Source of the DNA: a virus
Taxonomy: Duplodnaviria > Caudoviricetes
Length of the DNA stretch: 64,000 nucleotides
Virus record (IMG/VR): IMGVR_UViG_3300044719_000048
Location: 1 to 64,000 of that record
Strand: one strand, 5' to 3'
Position numbers and translations under genes: made by a program
Shown here: one piece after another, positions 36,801-45,194 of the stretch
Numbering within the stretch: the stretch's first letter is position 1
Layout of the letters: the number at the start of each line of letters is the position of its first letter
The notes under the pieces: model-generated
Seen by the model: the letters and a program-made list of their open reading frames with translations, nothing else
The model's database searches: none
Told to the model about the DNA's origin: nothing

Positions 36801-37157
36801 ATGATAAGGGTCCAAGCAAGCACTCGTCTTAAGGCAGTAAAGATGGACGAAATTGACGTGGCGGCGCAGTTGATCCGGGACTACGCAGGGATCGATGTAG
36901 GCGAAGTGTTTCAGTACAATCCGCATAACATCATATTCGAGTTGGCGAATGCCGGTGATTTCGAGAAGGCCCGCAGCAACCTGACCAAGAAATTGGGGAT
37001 GCCACACGATGTAGGAGAGCCTCCTTCTTACGAGTTCTACTTCACTAAAGGTGAATTGCGAGGTGGCTCGATTTTCCTGTCTCGTGGGGAGGCCACAACC
37101 GGCCACATATCAGTTCAAGACTTGGCGAAGTATTTCCAGTCCAGGGTACACAACTAA
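36801..37157 (+). CDS. tagged orphan family member 5
   Basis: AAGGA RBS; MIRVQASTRLKA; YAGIDVG; ARSNLTKKLGMP. Confidence 0.8.
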   Translation: MIRVQASTRLKAVKMDEIDVAAQLIRDYAGIDVGEVFQYNPHNIIFELANAGDFEKARSNLTKKLGMPHDVGEPPSYEFYFTKGELRGGSIFLSRGEATTGHISVQDLAKYFQSRVHN

Positions 37158-37167
37158 ACGCAGCCCG

Positions 37168-37240
37168 TAATTTAACTTCGATCAAGTGGGCAGCATTGTA
37201 TCCGAGCCTACCTCAGCCTTGGTTTGCCGCTCACTTGATC
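37168..37240 (+). promoter_or_regulatory. AATTTNA motif followed by a long leader hairpin
   Basis: TAATTTAAC, then GATCAAGTGGGCAGCA (37180-37195) pairing with TGCCGCTCACTTGATC (37225-37240). Confidence 0.45.
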
Positions 37241-37305
37241 TTCCAGAAGGCGATGAGCCTCTATTCAATCCGTTCGGCACAGACCGTCACTTATGGAGAA
37301 CTGCA

Positions 37306-38100
37306 ATGAACATCAACACCAAAGGCATCAACGTCTGCACTGCTTCCATCACCGACTTCGACATCATCAGTCGCGGCCTGGCCCGCGTTGTGGTGGCCTT
37401 CACTGGACACCAGACGAAGGCCGAACTGGCCGAGAGTCTCGCCAAGCAGATGAAGTACATGGCAGCACCTGTCGAGAACTCGTTCCGCATGCTGAAGGCA
37501 GGCGTCGCCATCGGCTATGTGCGCGCCAATCAAGAGCTGCGCCCGGTCGACGAAAAGGAGCTGCGCGCTTCCTACAAGGTCATGAGCAGCAACGGCCAGA
37601 CCAATATTCTGATGTCGAACGAGGACTCGACGCTGTGGGAGGTGAAGAAAGGTGCCTCCGGTATGTTCCTGGCACGCAAAGGTCAAGAGGACCTAGGTGA
37701 GCTGGTGAACGCTGCTGTCAATCGTCGCATGGACGTGCCGCGCCTGTCGCAAGTCGTGTCGGCGAACGTGGCTGCGCCGCGCGAGTTCGTGGCCTTCGCT
37801 TCGGAGAGTGGCGATATGGACTACGGTTTCTGCGTGAAGGCCAGCAAAGAAGGCACGAAGCTGAAGGTCGTGTCGTCGACCACGGGTCGTGCAGAAGTCA
37901 TTCGCGCTACCCAGGTGGCTTCGGTGCTGCCCGCCAACGCAGTGGCCATCCCGCGTGAGGCACACAAGCGTGTGCTGGCTTCGGGCATCTCGCGTGACGA
38001 CGTGAACCAGCAGATCGAGTACTACAGCCGCCTGTACAGCTACGCGCCAGAGTACCTGAACGAAATCAAGCGCCAGGTCGAAGACACCGCCGCTCTCTAA
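37306..38100 (+). CDS. hypothetical, probably abundant virion protein
   Basis: GGAG RBS before MNINTK; strong codon bias. Confidence 0.8.
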   Translation: MNINTKGINVCTASITDFDIISRGLARVVVAFTGHQTKAELAESLAKQMKYMAAPVENSFRMLKAGVAIGYVRANQELRPVDEKELRASYKVMSSNGQTNILMSNEDSTLWEVKKGASGMFLARKGQEDLGELVNAAVNRRMDVPRLSQVVSANVAAPREFVAFASESGDMDYGFCVKASKEGTKLKVVSSTTGRAEVIRATQVASVLPANAVAIPREAHKRVLASGISRDDVNQQIEYYSRLYSYAPEYLNEIKRQVEDTAAL

Positions 38101-38116
38101 CACAACAAGGAACACA

Positions 38117-38584
38117 ATGAAGATCGAAGCATCGAAACGACTGGCCACTTCGGTGAGTGCAGCCACCAACACGAAAGGGGCCGTCAAGTTCCTGAAAGGC
38201 GCGTTCAAGAGTGCCGGCCTGACGGTGAAGAGTGCGGAAGCCAATGGAGACAACATTGTTTTTGTGCTGAAGGGCCCTAACGGGGATGTTGTGGTCTCGG
38301 CGAGCTTGTTCAAAGACGGCAGTGTGTCGTTCGGTATCACGGATGCAACCGGTCTGCTGCCGCGTGCGATCAACGCAGAGATCTACAACCCGGAGATCGT
38401 GCTGAAGCGTGGGAAGGGAGGCGCGCGTGACCTAAATCCGACCATCAAGGCGATGGGGAAGGGCGTGAAGGAAGCGCAGGAGTTTGCGCAGAACGCGGAG
38501 GAGTGCCGTGCTTGGCTGGTGGCGTTTCAGGAAGCGCTGCGTAGCATCGAGCAGCAGATGGACAAGAAGAAACGCGGCGCCTAA
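38117..38584 (+). CDS. tagged hypothetical protein
   Basis: AAGGA RBS; MKIEASKRLAT. Confidence 0.8.
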   Translation: MKIEASKRLATSVSAATNTKGAVKFLKGAFKSAGLTVKSAEANGDNIVFVLKGPNGDVVVSASLFKDGSVSFGITDATGLLPRAINAEIYNPEIVLKRGKGGARDLNPTIKAMGKGVKEAQEFAQNAEECRAWLVAFQEALRSIEQQMDKKKRGA

Positions 38585-38600
38585 GAACTAGGCGTTTGGT

Positions 38601-38643
38601 AAAAAAGAAAGGGCGGTGGATCATTGCGGTCCACCGCCCTTTG
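38601..38643. terminator. bidirectional intrinsic terminator
   Basis: AAAGGGCGGTGGA/TCCACCGCCCTTT stem between convergent genes, with A-run on the left. Confidence 0.85.
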
Positions 38644-38647
38644 TCCG

Positions 38648-38881
38648 TTAGTCACTGATTGCTTTCGCTGTAGTGAAAGCGAATTGGGCGATACTCAGTC
38701 GCACCTGAGCGGTGGTCAATCCGCACATGATACGTACCAACTCGTCTGACCCCTGCTTATGATAGTACCGCTGCGGTCCAACTACCGGGTCTGTCATTGC
38801 ACGCCTCCGCAGCTCGTAGACCCGTTTCTTCAGCAGCGATAGCTGTGCGATCATCACAGCGATCTCTTCCTCATAGCTCAT
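38648..38881 (-). CDS. hypothetical early protein
   Basis: GAGGTGA RBS. Confidence 0.7.
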   Translation of the reverse strand: MSYEEEIAVMIAQLSLLKKRVYELRRRAMTDPVVGPQRYYHKQGSDELVRIMCGLTTAQVRLSIAQFAFTTAKAISD

Positions 38882-38919
38882 AAGTCACCTCAGAAGTGCG
38901 AGGCCCTTGCGGGCCTGGT

Positions 38920-39291
38920 TTAGTCAGCAACGCGAGTCACGACAATCGACTTGTAATTGGGAAGCACCGTTGCCCAAGCAGGATTGACAATCCACGTGCC
39001 TTGTTTCTTGACAGCGGTTGCGTTCAACAGCACCGTGAACGTCGTGTCGGAAGCGACTTTGATGAACTGCGGTACGTCCGTCATTATCCGGTTGCACACG
39101 GCCAAGCACTCAGGAATCTGATAGATGCGCCTAGGGTCATCGTTGTATCCGTCGAACATCAGCTCGTGGCGGGGTGGTCCTCCAGCCAATGCCAACAGCT
39201 CGCAGGTCTTATAGAACTCCCTCATCTTCTTTTTGTCCGATAAGTCCTGCTTGGCGAGGATTAGGAACGCTGCCGTATTCTTGTCAATCAT
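38920..39291 (-). CDS. hypothetical early protein
   Basis: AAAGGA RBS before MIDKN. Confidence 0.75.
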   Translation of the reverse strand: MIDKNTAAFLILAKQDLSDKKKMREFYKTCELLALAGGPPRHELMFDGYNDDPRRIYQIPECLAVCNRIMTDVPQFIKVASDTTFTVLLNATAVKKQGTWIVNPAWATVLPNYKSIVVTRVAD

Positions 39292-39295
39292 CTTC

Positions 39296-39742
39296 GATCC
39301 TTTCATTGATCGTTAGGTAGTGCCCAGAGTGCACTACCATGCTGCTACAGCCAACCGTCGTAGTAGTCATCGTCACCGAGCTCGGCTTCCAGAGCCTTAC
39401 GCTCCCTGTCGATGCACCCACTGCATACGTCATAGACGGGGCCGCAGCTGCCTTCCTCGAAGTCGCGATGTCGGTGAATCACCGGCTGGTTGGTCTTGCA
39501 CCACTCGCAGTAGCCGCTGCGATCCGCGTTTGCCCGCTCAGCAAGATGAGCGTCGTAGCACCCCTTGCACAAGTCGTGCATCTCGCAGCCCATTGAGTCG
39601 GTCTCGCCCTGAACACGGCGGTACGCCACTCGATCAGGGTGATTGTCGCACATCATGCCGTCAGGCGAGTTGCGCACGGTACCCGGGAGGGTAGAGATCG
39701 GTCCAGTTACGTCTGCCATTTTTTTGATCCTTTCATTGATCG
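39296..39742 (-). repeat. 17-bp direct repeats GATCCTTTCATTGATCG (39296-39312, 39726-39742)
   Basis: Exact copies, each containing the RBS of a minus-strand gene. Confidence 0.85.
39345..39719 (-). CDS. Cys-rich (Zn-finger) early protein
   Basis: CDNH, CKGC, CEWC and CSGC motifs. Confidence 0.8.
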   Translation of the reverse strand: MADVTGPISTLPGTVRNSPDGMMCDNHPDRVAYRRVQGETDSMGCEMHDLCKGCYDAHLAERANADRSGYCEWCKTNQPVIHRHRDFEEGSCGPVYDVCSGCIDRERKALEAELGDDDYYDGWL

Positions 39743-39752
39743 GCTGTTGAAA

Positions 39753-40265
39753 CTAATTTTTCATGATTGCCAGATCGCCGAACAAAAGGCCCGCGATAGG
39801 ACCTTTGATGTCGTCGAACTGCTGAGCCACTTCTTCGGAAGACCACTTCATGACTACCGAGCAGTCTTCCGCGTGCTCCTCCTCAACGTGGGGCAGACCT
39901 ACCCAGGTCGCGAGCTCTTTGTATTTGGGCCACGACAGCATCTGCGCTAGTAGGTCGCGAACCTTGCGACGCTCCGCTTGAGACAGACTGCGCAAGCACC
40001 TCCAATAGAAACCGTCGCGGTAGATGCCCGTACCTCCGAAGCCTACTGCGTCGTTGAATCCGCCAAACGACTCCTCGAGTACGAGGGTCACGAACTCGGC
40101 AAAGTCATTCAACTGGTTGACCATCGGCAAGAGCCCGACATTGATTTGATCAACCGAAGCGTCGAGATCATCAAGGTCAATCTCCACTGCCTTGCCGAGG
40201 TGTTTAGCAGCCTCGGCAATCTTACGGAGTTTGGCGTATCGCTGCGCATCAACTAAGGTGCTCAT
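39753..40265 (-). CDS. hypothetical early protein
   Basis: AAAGGA RBS before MSTLVD. Confidence 0.75.
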   Translation of the reverse strand: MSTLVDAQRYAKLRKIAEAAKHLGKAVEIDLDDLDASVDQINVGLLPMVNQLNDFAEFVTLVLEESFGGFNDAVGFGGTGIYRDGFYWRCLRSLSQAERRKVRDLLAQMLSWPKYKELATWVGLPHVEEEHAEDCSVVMKWSSEEVAQQFDDIKGPIAGLLFGDLAIMKN

Positions 40266-40311
40266 GATAGTCCTTTCTGGAAATGAGGAAAGGCCCGCAA
40301 GGGCCCGTTGA

Positions 40312-40515
40312 TTAGTGACCGACTCCGGGCTTGATGACGACGCCATCGATGGCGAATTCGACCCAGTTGTACTGGGGCTCCGGTTTGAGCAGCACCGCAT
40401 TGCCCATGTCATCGTGCACCCAAATACCGGTGCGACCCTTCTGAACGTATCCCAGTTGACCGCCGAGATAGAAGCTATCCATTTTGTTGGTGGAAGTGTT
40501 GGTAGTGGTATTCAT
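40312..40515 (-). CDS. hypothetical early protein
   Basis: AAAGG RBS before MNTTT; first gene after the sigma70 promoter. Confidence 0.7.
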   Translation of the reverse strand: MNTTTNTSTNKMDSFYLGGQLGYVQKGRTGIWVHDDMGNAVLLKPEPQYNWVEFAIDGVVIKPGVGH

Positions 40516-40562
40516 GTCTTGGCCTTTCATTGCCGGATTTTAGGAAGAGATGCTACGCTTTC

Positions 40563-40591
40563 AGTATATCAGGATCTTGCGGTTTTGTCAC
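40563..40591 (-). promoter_or_regulatory. host sigma70-type early promoter
   Basis: GTGACA, 17-bp spacer, TATACT with extended -10 TG on the minus strand. Confidence 0.8.
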
Positions 40592-40626
40592 TATTTCGGG
40601 GCTTGATTTTGCTCAAATAAACGACA

Positions 40627-40674
40627 GAAGGGGAGGCAAAATGGGCGTCTTTTACCCAATTTTGCCTCCCCTTC
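40627..40674. terminator. long inverted repeat, probable terminator of the replication operon
   Basis: GAAGGGGAGGCAAAA/TTTTGCCTCCCCTTC 15-bp perfect stem. Confidence 0.65.
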
Positions 40675-40761
40675 GCCATTTTATGCGGTATGCACAGTAG
40701 GACCGATTTTAAGCATGCTGCATGCCCTTTCTACTGTCCTAAATCCCCCGCTATGAGCTGG

Positions 40762-41256
40762 TTATTTCCAACCAGTGCCTTTCTTTGCCGCCGGTTTTGC
40801 GGCCTTCACGGCTTTGGCCGAAGCAACTTTCTTCGGAGCAGCCTTGGTCGGTGCCTTGTGGGCTGCCTTGGCTTTCTTGGTCGGGGCAGCTTCCGTAGCA
40901 GTTGCGGCTTCCTCCGCTTCCTTGGCCGCCTGAGCGTCACGCTGCATCTGAGCGATCTTCTCCTCGTTGCCGGTCACGATCACGGTCTGCATGACCGCAT
41001 CGAGGTTCTGCTGCATGTTCTGCGCCGACATCTGGATCAGGAAGCTGACGTGCTGAACGCCTTGGTGGTAGAAGTGGCGGAACTGGTTGACCTGATCCAC
41101 CGACAGGGCATTGCGCCAGTCGGGATTCATCATGACCAGCGCTTTCTCGAAGCCGATCTGGATGGTCTGCTCTTGCGTTTGCTCGACCTGCATTTCCGGG
41201 ACTTGACCCGCTGCTGCTTGGGCGATTGCGGCTTGTGCGGTTTGGGTGTGGTTCAT
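40762..41256 (-). CDS. hypothetical protein with histone H1-like Lys/Ala/Pro tail
   Basis: AAGGAG RBS; KKAKAAHKAPTKAAPKKVASAKAVKAAKPAAKK; start codon is non-ATG and uncertain. Confidence 0.75.
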   Translation of the reverse strand: MNHTQTAQAAIAQAAAGQVPEMQVEQTQEQTIQIGFEKALVMMNPDWRNALSVDQVNQFRHFYHQGVQHVSFLIQMSAQNMQQNLDAVMQTVIVTGNEEKIAQMQRDAQAAKEAEEAATATEAAPTKKAKAAHKAPTKAAPKKVASAKAVKAAKPAAKKGTGWK

Positions 41257-41283
41257 TTGATTCTCCTTTTGGTTGATAGTGCG

Positions 41284-42627
41284 TCAGACATCAGACGCGA
41301 GGTTAGGCAGTTCTTTGCCTTTCTTTTTGCTCTTGACTTCGCCCAACGACGAGTCATCGGCAGCATTCATATCCATCGAGTGGATTTGCATCTTCGCGTA
41401 GTCGATCCTCACATAGAAGGGGAACGACATCGAGTTCCTCGACTTCGGTTGCTCGATCTTCGTGACACCCGTTTCCTTCGACTCGGCGGTTGCCATCCAC
41501 GTCCACGACAAGCTGGAGTGCTCAGTGATGGCCCTCGAATACTTGATCTTGCCTTCGTCGGTCAACTGACAGAGCATGATGTTCGCCCTGCCAGTGTTCT
41601 CAGCGTTGATCTTGCCGTAGCGCGCGACTTGGCCGAGGGCTCGCACTTGATCGTCGCCGTCCACACCTTTCAGAAGACCGATGTAGTCGATGATGTTGAT
41701 GTCTGCATCGTAGGCCGACGTCGCTGCATACACCTCTTCGATCGACTCGTCCTGCTCGGGCTTGTAGATCGTAAGGCGCCCACCAGCGAGCTTGACCTTC
41801 TTGAGCCACTTGCGGAATTTCTTGCGCACCCTGTCGCGGTCGCCGGTGGACAGGCGCTGAAGCCATAGGTCCGAGAAATCAGTGCCCGTGACTGACGCCA
41901 TCAGACGTGTCGTCATCTCCTTCTTCGACATCTCCAGTGGTACGAGCACGACCTTGTAGCCTTGCTGGGCGAAGTTCTTGCCCAGCACGGTGGCCATGAT
42001 CGACTTGCCACCACCAGAGTTAGCACCGATAGTGAACAGGGCCCCTCGATAGACGCCACCCGACACGGAGTCATAGGACTCGATGCCCGTAGGGATAACG
42101 TCAACCGAGTTGTCTTCGTACAGGATCGAATCGACGACCGACATCGAGTTGTTGTTCTTACCGAAGTGCAGGAACGACTCGTCGGTGGCCTTCTTGGCCC
42201 TGATCACCGAGATCGCGTTCGACGTCCTGTGCAGCAAGGCATCGACATCGACCTTCGGGGCCTTCAACTGGTTTGCGAGATCGACCGCGAGGTTGTAGAC
42301 CCCACGACGCTTGCGGTACTTCTCCAGATTCGAGATCGCCTTCTTGGCGTCAGACGCCGTGTACACCAACTGCTGGGATTCGCGGAAGTGCTGGCGAGCC
42401 TCTTTCGACAAGTCCGGGTCTTCAAGCAGCAGCTTGTAGGTTGGGCTCTCGCCCGACTCGCCCATGATCTTCTTGATGGTCTCGTAGACCTCGACAGACT
42501 CCGGCGAGTAGAAGAAAGTCTCATCGACACCTGCTAGCAGCGCCCCTGCTATCTTCTTGTCCTTAGAACACATCCCGCGCAAGACTGCCAGCTCAGCCTT
42601 CGGGGACACCAACTTGAGATTACTCAT
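41284..42627 (-). CDS. dnaB: replicative DNA helicase, DnaB-like
   Basis: AELAVL N-terminus, GANSGGGKS Walker A, LEMS, IIDYIGL, LCQL, KSRN. Confidence 0.9.
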   Translation of the reverse strand: MSNLKLVSPKAELAVLRGMCSKDKKIAGALLAGVDETFFYSPESVEVYETIKKIMGESGESPTYKLLLEDPDLSKEARQHFRESQQLVYTASDAKKAISNLEKYRKRRGVYNLAVDLANQLKAPKVDVDALLHRTSNAISVIRAKKATDESFLHFGKNNNSMSVVDSILYEDNSVDVIPTGIESYDSVSGGVYRGALFTIGANSGGGKSIMATVLGKNFAQQGYKVVLVPLEMSKKEMTTRLMASVTGTDFSDLWLQRLSTGDRDRVRKKFRKWLKKVKLAGGRLTIYKPEQDESIEEVYAATSAYDADINIIDYIGLLKGVDGDDQVRALGQVARYGKINAENTGRANIMLCQLTDEGKIKYSRAITEHSSLSWTWMATAESKETGVTKIEQPKSRNSMSFPFYVRIDYAKMQIHSMDMNAADDSSLGEVKSKKKGKELPNLASDV

Positions 42628-42637
42628 AGTTCCTCAA

Positions 42638-43315
42638 CTAGATTACCTCGATCTTCTGTTTCACAAGGGCTTCACAGAAGTATGCGAGACCGTGAACGGC
42701 CACGTGCAGGCGCGTCGCCAGAAACGAGAGTGGGTCTGCACCGGCAACCACAACGATGCGCGGGACATCTGGGTAAGTCTCCAAGATGTCCCTCGCCTTC
42801 TCCAGCTTTTGGTTCGTCGACTGCGGCGTCAAATTGGTGAGGACGATCATCGACGGCCTAGGACGTTGAGGGTCCAGCCACTGATTATCGAAGCCACCAA
42901 CAAGGTTGATCCACCATGGATTGGCGTCTCCCTTCAAGCGCTTGCAATGGATGTCCACCAGGTAGGCAGCGAACAGCTTGGCTTTCGAGTCGTCGGGATT
43001 GCCTGCCACACCGTAGATCATCGGCTGATGTGGCTTCTTGATGAAACGCACCAACGAGGCGTCTTGCACTGAGGGCTCGATGAACTTTTCGTTCAGCTCA
43101 TCGCTCATCGTAGCAAACGGTTTCGGGTCCCACTTGAAGGCACTCTGCCGCCACACTGATCCAGGTACGATTGATGCCACGGTGCCCTTTTGGGTGACTT
43201 CGATCTTGCTCGGCAGTTCCGATTCATCGACAGGTCGCGCCGTCACCTGCTTGACCTTCGGTGGGGCCTTGGTGGGTCTCTTGGGCTTACCTGCGCCCCC
43301 TTTAATAAAGTCCAT
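42638..43315 (-). CDS. hypothetical, possibly degenerate DnaC/IstB-like loader
   Basis: Directly upstream of dnaB; AAA+-like strand order without an intact Walker A. Confidence 0.4.
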   Translation of the reverse strand: MDFIKGGAGKPKRPTKAPPKVKQVTARPVDESELPSKIEVTQKGTVASIVPGSVWRQSAFKWDPKPFATMSDELNEKFIEPSVQDASLVRFIKKPHQPMIYGVAGNPDDSKAKLFAAYLVDIHCKRLKGDANPWWINLVGGFDNQWLDPQRPRPSMIVLTNLTPQSTNQKLEKARDILETYPDVPRIVVVAGADPLSFLATRLHVAVHGLAYFCEALVKQKIEVI

Positions 43316-43331
43316 GTTACCTCCTGACTCT

Positions 43332-43340
43332 TATTTACTG
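43332..43340 (-). promoter_or_regulatory. GTAAATA-class putative phage promoter
   Basis: CAGTAAATA just before GGAGG RBS. Confidence 0.55.
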
Positions 43341-43351
43341 CGACTTCACCA

Positions 43352-44896
43352 TCAGAGCTCCCACGCCGCGTGCTGGTCAACGCGATCCTTTGTACTGAAG
43401 TAAGACTTGAGTACCTTCTCATCGACCTCCGAAATGATGGGCTTGAACTTGGGTTTGATGCAGCCCCACCACTCTTTCGCCAAACAGTTGCGTCGCACCC
43501 CGTATTCGTCCAAGAAGATACGCAATAGCGGAGGGGGCTTATCGTCCCAAGGCGTGAGCACACGGGCCACTCGCTGCTCGCAGTTCTCAAGGTTCGCAGA
43601 CATCGCCACGTCGTAGATCGCGCTTGCTCGTGGAATGTTGATACCCACTGACACGAGCTTGGAGTTACCCACCAAGATACGTGCCTTGTAGACCCTCGCG
43701 TCCTGAATGAGCTGCTTGCGCTTATCCTTCTTCAGCCCGCCCCAGAAGGCGTGTGCCATCTTCTTGCCAGCCATTCGGTTGATCGCCATAGCTAGGGCTT
43801 TGATAGGAGCCACCTGCGAAAGGGGGATGAGCACCATGTGACCGGCTTTCGCATCCTTGATCGCCCACTTGGCGATCAGCTTCAAACGCTTGGGATCAGT
43901 CTCCAGAGACTTGACCATTGACGCCCACATGGACCGCCCTTTGCTGGCTTTCCGATATTCGGTTCTGACCAAACGCACAGTCGGCCGCAGACGATCGACC
44001 TTCGCCTCGTACATGATGGGGCCGAACAAGGCTTCGGTGATGACGTACCGACCGTCCTTGCGATTCGGCGTACCGTCCAACCCGATGCGATAACGCGTGT
44101 TCAGCTTCGACACTGCGGTTGCGTACTTCGCGGCCGCACTCATACGTACCTCGTCGCATACCAGAACCGTGAACATATCGCGGATCTTCTTCAGTAGTCG
44201 CTGTCCCTTCTCGCTGTGGAACGTGGCGACCGTGACTAGGCACACGTCGTATTTCTCGAAGTCAGCTAGGGTCTTGCAGTAGCCGACCTGACGCTTCTTC
44301 GCGTTGGTCATAGCCTTTTGGGTTTCTGAACCACAGAAGGTCTCGTAGAAGCCGTCAAGCCACTCACGTTGAGCAGCCAGAATCATGGCCTTGCCGCCAA
44401 TCTCACAGATGGCTGCCGAGCTCAAAACGGTTTTGCCCGAACGAGGCGGAGCCTTCACAACCCCGAACTTCACCTTCTTGATGCGGTCAATGGCTTCCCT
44501 CTGATACTTGCGAAGCTCCCCAGTGAACTTGATGCGGCGGCTCATTTCGTTCTTGGGGCGCTTCGACTTGAAGACCAGTTCACGGTGCTTGAACAGCTCC
44601 TTGATACCCTTGCGGTCGCCAGCCGGAATGCTGACGTAGGTATTGGACCCAACCTTCACGTCCTTGACGAGGGAGACGCCTCCCTTGAAGGCCGCACAGT
44701 TCGGGCACTGGTCACTCAGGCCCGTGTCGGAGTTGACGCGCTCCTCATTGAACTCGCAAGACTCACAGATCTGCCCGTCCTTCTCGAAGAACAGGTGCGT
44801 GTGGCGCCGTTGTAGAGCTTCGATGTCGGCGGGCTTGATGTCCTTCTTCCGTATGAAGAACGCCTCGCGCGCCACCACTTTAAGTTCCTTTCCCAT
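43352..44896 (-). CDS. superfamily 2 DNA helicase (UvsW/XPB-like)
   Basis: LRKYQ, APPRSGKT, CDEV, GLDGTP, GINIP, QRVAR; TGATG coupling sets the start at 44896. Confidence 0.88.
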   Translation of the reverse strand: MGKELKVVAREAFFIRKKDIKPADIEALQRRHTHLFFEKDGQICESCEFNEERVNSDTGLSDQCPNCAAFKGGVSLVKDVKVGSNTYVSIPAGDRKGIKELFKHRELVFKSKRPKNEMSRRIKFTGELRKYQREAIDRIKKVKFGVVKAPPRSGKTVLSSAAICEIGGKAMILAAQREWLDGFYETFCGSETQKAMTNAKKRQVGYCKTLADFEKYDVCLVTVATFHSEKGQRLLKKIRDMFTVLVCDEVRMSAAAKYATAVSKLNTRYRIGLDGTPNRKDGRYVITEALFGPIMYEAKVDRLRPTVRLVRTEYRKASKGRSMWASMVKSLETDPKRLKLIAKWAIKDAKAGHMVLIPLSQVAPIKALAMAINRMAGKKMAHAFWGGLKKDKRKQLIQDARVYKARILVGNSKLVSVGINIPRASAIYDVAMSANLENCEQRVARVLTPWDDKPPPLLRIFLDEYGVRRNCLAKEWWGCIKPKFKPIISEVDEKVLKSYFSTKDRVDQHAAWEL

Positions 44897-45180
44897 CAGA
44901 ACCTCAACTCGTCGACGCGCTTCTTGTAGATAGCCCGATGGACTATGTTGCCATGCCCATCTTTGTTCTCCATGAAGACGAAGCCTTTGCCATAAAGGTG
45001 ATTGACGACCGACTCCACAGCAGAATTCCAATTCAAAATATCGATCTGCCAAACAGAGTGTTGATCATAGAACGTAGCTAGATCGTCAGCTACCTGTGGA
45101 GCTTCGTTTTCATGAAAGCTACTGAACGTGGCCTTCCATGTTCCATCTTCTTGTTCTACCGCGAAAGCGGGTAAGCTCAT
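44896..45180 (-). CDS. hypothetical protein
   Basis: AGGAG RBS; coupled to the helicase gene. Confidence 0.7.
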   Translation of the reverse strand: MSLPAFAVEQEDGTWKATFSSFHENEAPQVADDLATFYDQHSVWQIDILNWNSAVESVVNHLYGKGFVFMENKDGHGNIVHRAIYKKRVDELRF

Positions 45181-45194
45181 GATTGCTCCTGTGT

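Noticed and set aside
254-38584. Shared N-terminal peptide as a Sec/Tat signal peptide or mere start-codon bias
   Set aside because: No hydrophobic core or twin-Arg consensus; codons vary while residues are kept; internal copies exist; absent from early and replication genes
40675-40760. Short palindromes (GCATGCTGCATGC) as a replication origin
   Set aside because: No iteron array or long AT-rich unwinding tract; insufficient support
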